Shown piece after piece: positions 60,746-64,000 of a DNA stretch of 64,000 nucleotides. A program made the position numbers and the translations under genes. The stretch lies in assembly GCF_006345805.1 (NCBI RefSeq), contig NC_043001.1, positions 134,788,001 through 134,852,000 of the forward strand, given 5' to 3'. The notes beneath the pieces were generated by a model. It ran no database searches. It saw only the letters and a list, made by a program, of their open reading frames with translations, and was not told the DNA's origin. The DNA is from Octopus sinensis. Its lineage: Eukaryota. Position 1 is the first letter of the stretch, and the number at the start of each line of letters is the position of its first letter.

Positions 60746-63580
60746 AAAATTCTTAAAACTGGCAGAAAACCAAATTTTCTCTCCAAAGATAATTTGTACA
60801 TTCAACTACTCATATTCATGACAAGCAAATTCTAAACATTTTAATTCTTAACTGTGCACCAAACCATTTGATCTGAAATATTTTTCACAAAAATATAAGA
60901 TTCCTAGACAAATTATGAGTGGGTTGAAGTGGGTTGTAATGAGTAAATGGAAGACTAATTATACACAATTAAATATATCAGAGTGTTTTACATTAAAAAA
61001 ATTACCATCAACATAAATTCATTGAAAGTATCGTCATAAACTCATTGAAAGCTTCTAGAATCTTAACAGGTAAAATAATCAAATAATCTATCATTATCAA
61101 CAGGCTTCTTTTAATAAAAGAATTCAGCAGCCGATAAAATTCTATTTTTAAAACTGTTGAAACTATTCTTTGAAATCTTTCTTTTTGTTGAAAGTTGGGA
61201 ATAAGCAGTAAATGTGGATGAGCTAAATTTTACTGTTCTATCAAAGAATATTTTGCTTGTTTTTAAACCCCCTTGTTATGTCCTCTTTTAATGTGGGAAG
61301 ATAATCCAAGAAACCAAACACCATAAGAAAATGAAAACAGAAAATATGTGGCACATTTCACAGATAATACAATGATAAAAGATAAAAACAAAAGATTATG
61401 TACAATAAAATTAAATAAAATAATTTTTTAAAATATAGCTTCTTTTTTATTGAGAAAAATCTCCTGTCCTCATTTTCTCTAAGGAAATTATTTTACACTT
61501 TATCTTTGATATAGGTATTACATAAATATTCTGAATACAATATAATGAAGTCTCGTGCCACATATTTTTGATAGAAAGAAATTAGAAAATGAATCAAGAT
61601 GAGAAAGCTCTATGATGGTGTTAGTAGAAAGGCCAAATACCATTTTAGTTATTATGAAGGAGAGGAATTGTTTAAGTAAATGCCAGAGTAATGGACCTAT
61701 TGCAATCACAGATATATTTACCTTTAAACATAATAGAAGGATGAGCTGAAATAAGCATTTGTATAGAAGTTGGCATGAAAATAATGTAAAAGCACAACAG
61801 CAAATGGTTGAAACATTCAAATAATATTTTCAAAATAGAGAAAGAGAAAACAGAATTGAGAAGACAAGAAATATATTTGAAAGGTATGTTAAATCGTGTA
61901 ATACTGTGCTAAATAGTAATAATAATTGTTTCTAATTTAGGCACAAGGCTAATAGTTTTGAGAATAGTTAGTCAATTATACTGACCCCAGTACTAGACTG
62001 GTACTTTATTTTATCAACCCTGGAGGGATAAAAGGCGAAGATGTTCTTGCCAGGATATGATCTCAGAATGTAAAAACCCAGAACTCATACTGTAAGGTAT
62101 TTTTTCTGATGCTCAAATTCTATCAACCTACCATTTAAAAAAATTATTTCTAACAGAGGTGCAAGGCCTGAAGTTTTGTGAGAGGAGGTTAGTCTAATAT
62201 TGTGCCTGCACCCAGTACTTCAACCATACTTTCTTGAAGTACAAGGGTTAAAGTTAACTGAACATCTTCCCACAGATTTCTAGCCTTGTGCCTATGCTAG
62301 AAAGTCACAGGTTTTGCTGGAACTCCTGGTGTCTTGCATGTGTTGCAGGTTTGCTACCTGCAGTCTACGGTACCATGATATCCGTTCTTTTCAGCTATCT
62401 AATACTTTCCTGGTTATTCTGGCCTTTATCATTATCATTATTATTATCATTAATAATAATAATAATAATAATAATGATATTAATAATAATAATAGTGATA
62501 ATAATAACAACAATTCATAATAGTTTAATACAATTCTAAATTTAGAATTAACTTCCTTTTAATTTTAACTTGTATGTATGTATAAATGATGTATATTCAT
62601 TGAGGCAAACAGACAAGAACATTTGATTTAGAGTAATTAATTTATTTCTCTATTATGTAACTCCCCACTCTATTAAATTACCAATGATATTCAATTTGCT
62701 GAGTCCAAAACTCTTGTTAGAAATTTATTTTTGGTCTTAGTTATTTTAATAATCTTTCTTCAAATATCTTGCTTTAAACAAAATACAGTTATTTATTAGC
62801 TATCAAAGAATCTGATGGATTCTATCAAAATACTAACAAAACATTCTTCTACATTATAAGCTCAATTTTTTTTTTCTGTAGAACTTCTATGAAATCTAAC
62901 CACACATATATAATAAAGTTATATTTTCTATAGTGAGAAATTCATAAACAGAAGCGATTCATTTTCTAAGTAGTCCAATGTCTGTAGGGAAAAACTTCAT
63001 CTATAATTATAACGTTGTGTAGCCTGAGTGTTTCCAAGAAAATCTTTGCAGAGAATGCAATGCAAGTATAGCGAAGCTTGCCTAAGTTAATTAAAGTATA
63101 TAAATGTATCATTTGTGAATAGATGACATTAGATTCATCAAGCAAAGTATAAATTAGGAATTGAAGAAGAATGTGAAAAATATTTAAAGATTTAGAGGCA
63201 GAGTTGCATCTAAAGCATTTGTGTGTTTGCATTACCGACTTTCTGAAAGAACTGATAATGACACGAAGAACAGCTAGTAAGATGGCAATAGCCATTCATA
63301 AGCTTTAAGACAGATAGGAGAAACATTTCTGTTATTTTAAGACAAGTAATATAACAAACAAAACATAAAAACTAAAATATCACACACAGATATAACTGAA
63401 CAATATCTATAACAAGACACAGAAGTAAAATAGATGTTTAGGCAGAGAGAGTATAAAGAGATGAAGTTTAGCAGCAGAAGAGTAAATATAACTTATAAAC
63501 AATAAACAATTTCTAAGTACAATAACAACAACAATAAAACCAACCATCATTCTTTTATTATTTAATATTAAATTAATCAC

Positions 63581-63739
63581 CTGGCTTAGGCAAAGTAATT
63601 TTTTTCCAGCTACTTGCTGCTTGGCGTTCACCACTTTTAGCAACAACTCTAAATTCATACCATATTCCGGCAGATAAGTTGGATATATTCTGCCAGCGAT
63701 TCAACATCTGACCAGGAGTGCTTTTCAGATTGCTTTCAC
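63581..63739 (-). CDS. Nrg: Neuroglian-like exon, C-terminal half of the last fibronectin type III domain
   Basis: tatgaaAG|..|GTGATT; ESNLKSTPGQMLNRWQNISNLSAGIWYEFRVVAKSGERQAASSWKKITLPKP (FN3 L..G..Y.FRV.A motif); phase 1, compatible with the TM exon. Confidence 0.88.
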
Positions 63740-64000
63740 CTTTCATAGAAAATAAAAAAAGAGATTTTTGTTTTGAAAGTAAAATTCAATATGCATGTAT
63801 ATTTATGCTCACATTACTGCAGTGCATTGTGATAAATTAACTTTGAAAGCAATCATTATGAATGTTCAGCATATATTTTGCTTAACTATTATTTTTTGCA
63901 TATTTATAATTAAAAAAAAGTTTATTAAAAAGGGGTGCCATTAAGTGGGAGATTATTAAGTGAGACATAACCATATGTGTATATGTAGAAATATGTACAC

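Noticed and set aside
28521-63739. Functional neuronal cluster of KIFBP and neuroglian
   Set aside because: The KIFBP copy is dead and TE-embedded; nothing in the sequence suggests more than chance adjacency.

Overview
AT-rich, repeat-dense animal genomic DNA; the SINE/LINE families and microsatellites point to an octopus (coleoid cephalopod), which is an inference. Most ORFs in the supplied track are spurious translations of SINEs, LINE tails and microsatellites. All host genes are on the minus strand: (1) the 3' end of an L1-family cell-adhesion gene (neuroglian/NrCAM-like: FN3 exon, TM exon, cytoplasmic exons with FIGQY and a C-terminal STFV) at 50.3-63.7 kb, with three candidate microexons and a probable ~9.6-kb 3'UTR; (2) the 5' coding exons of a probable mitochondrial FASTK-domain protein (5.2-13.0 kb); (3) a decayed, intronless KIF-binding protein (KIFBP) pseudogene (28.5-30.4 kb). 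Mobile DNA: a Sola3 transposon (962-5143), Chapaev3 (16705-20262, plus a relic at 51-52 kb), a Tigger/pogo relic carrying nested RTE LINE, CR1 and piggyBac-type MITE insertions (20.7-25.1 kb), mariner relics, non-autonomous Helitrons, a fold-back Merlin/IS1595-type transposase element fused to a Helitron end, GG..CC MITEs (one with an unusual 19-bp direct repeat), Penelope-like relics (one with a minimal hammerhead, one split by a 5.8S/ITS2-like rDNA fragment) and three tRNA-derived SINE families. I see no prokaryote-type system. The best leads are the neuroglian microexon logic, the Helitron-Merlin chimera series, the 19-bp-TSD MITE and the rDNA-in-Penelope insertion. All calls come from reading the sequence by eye; no searches were run.
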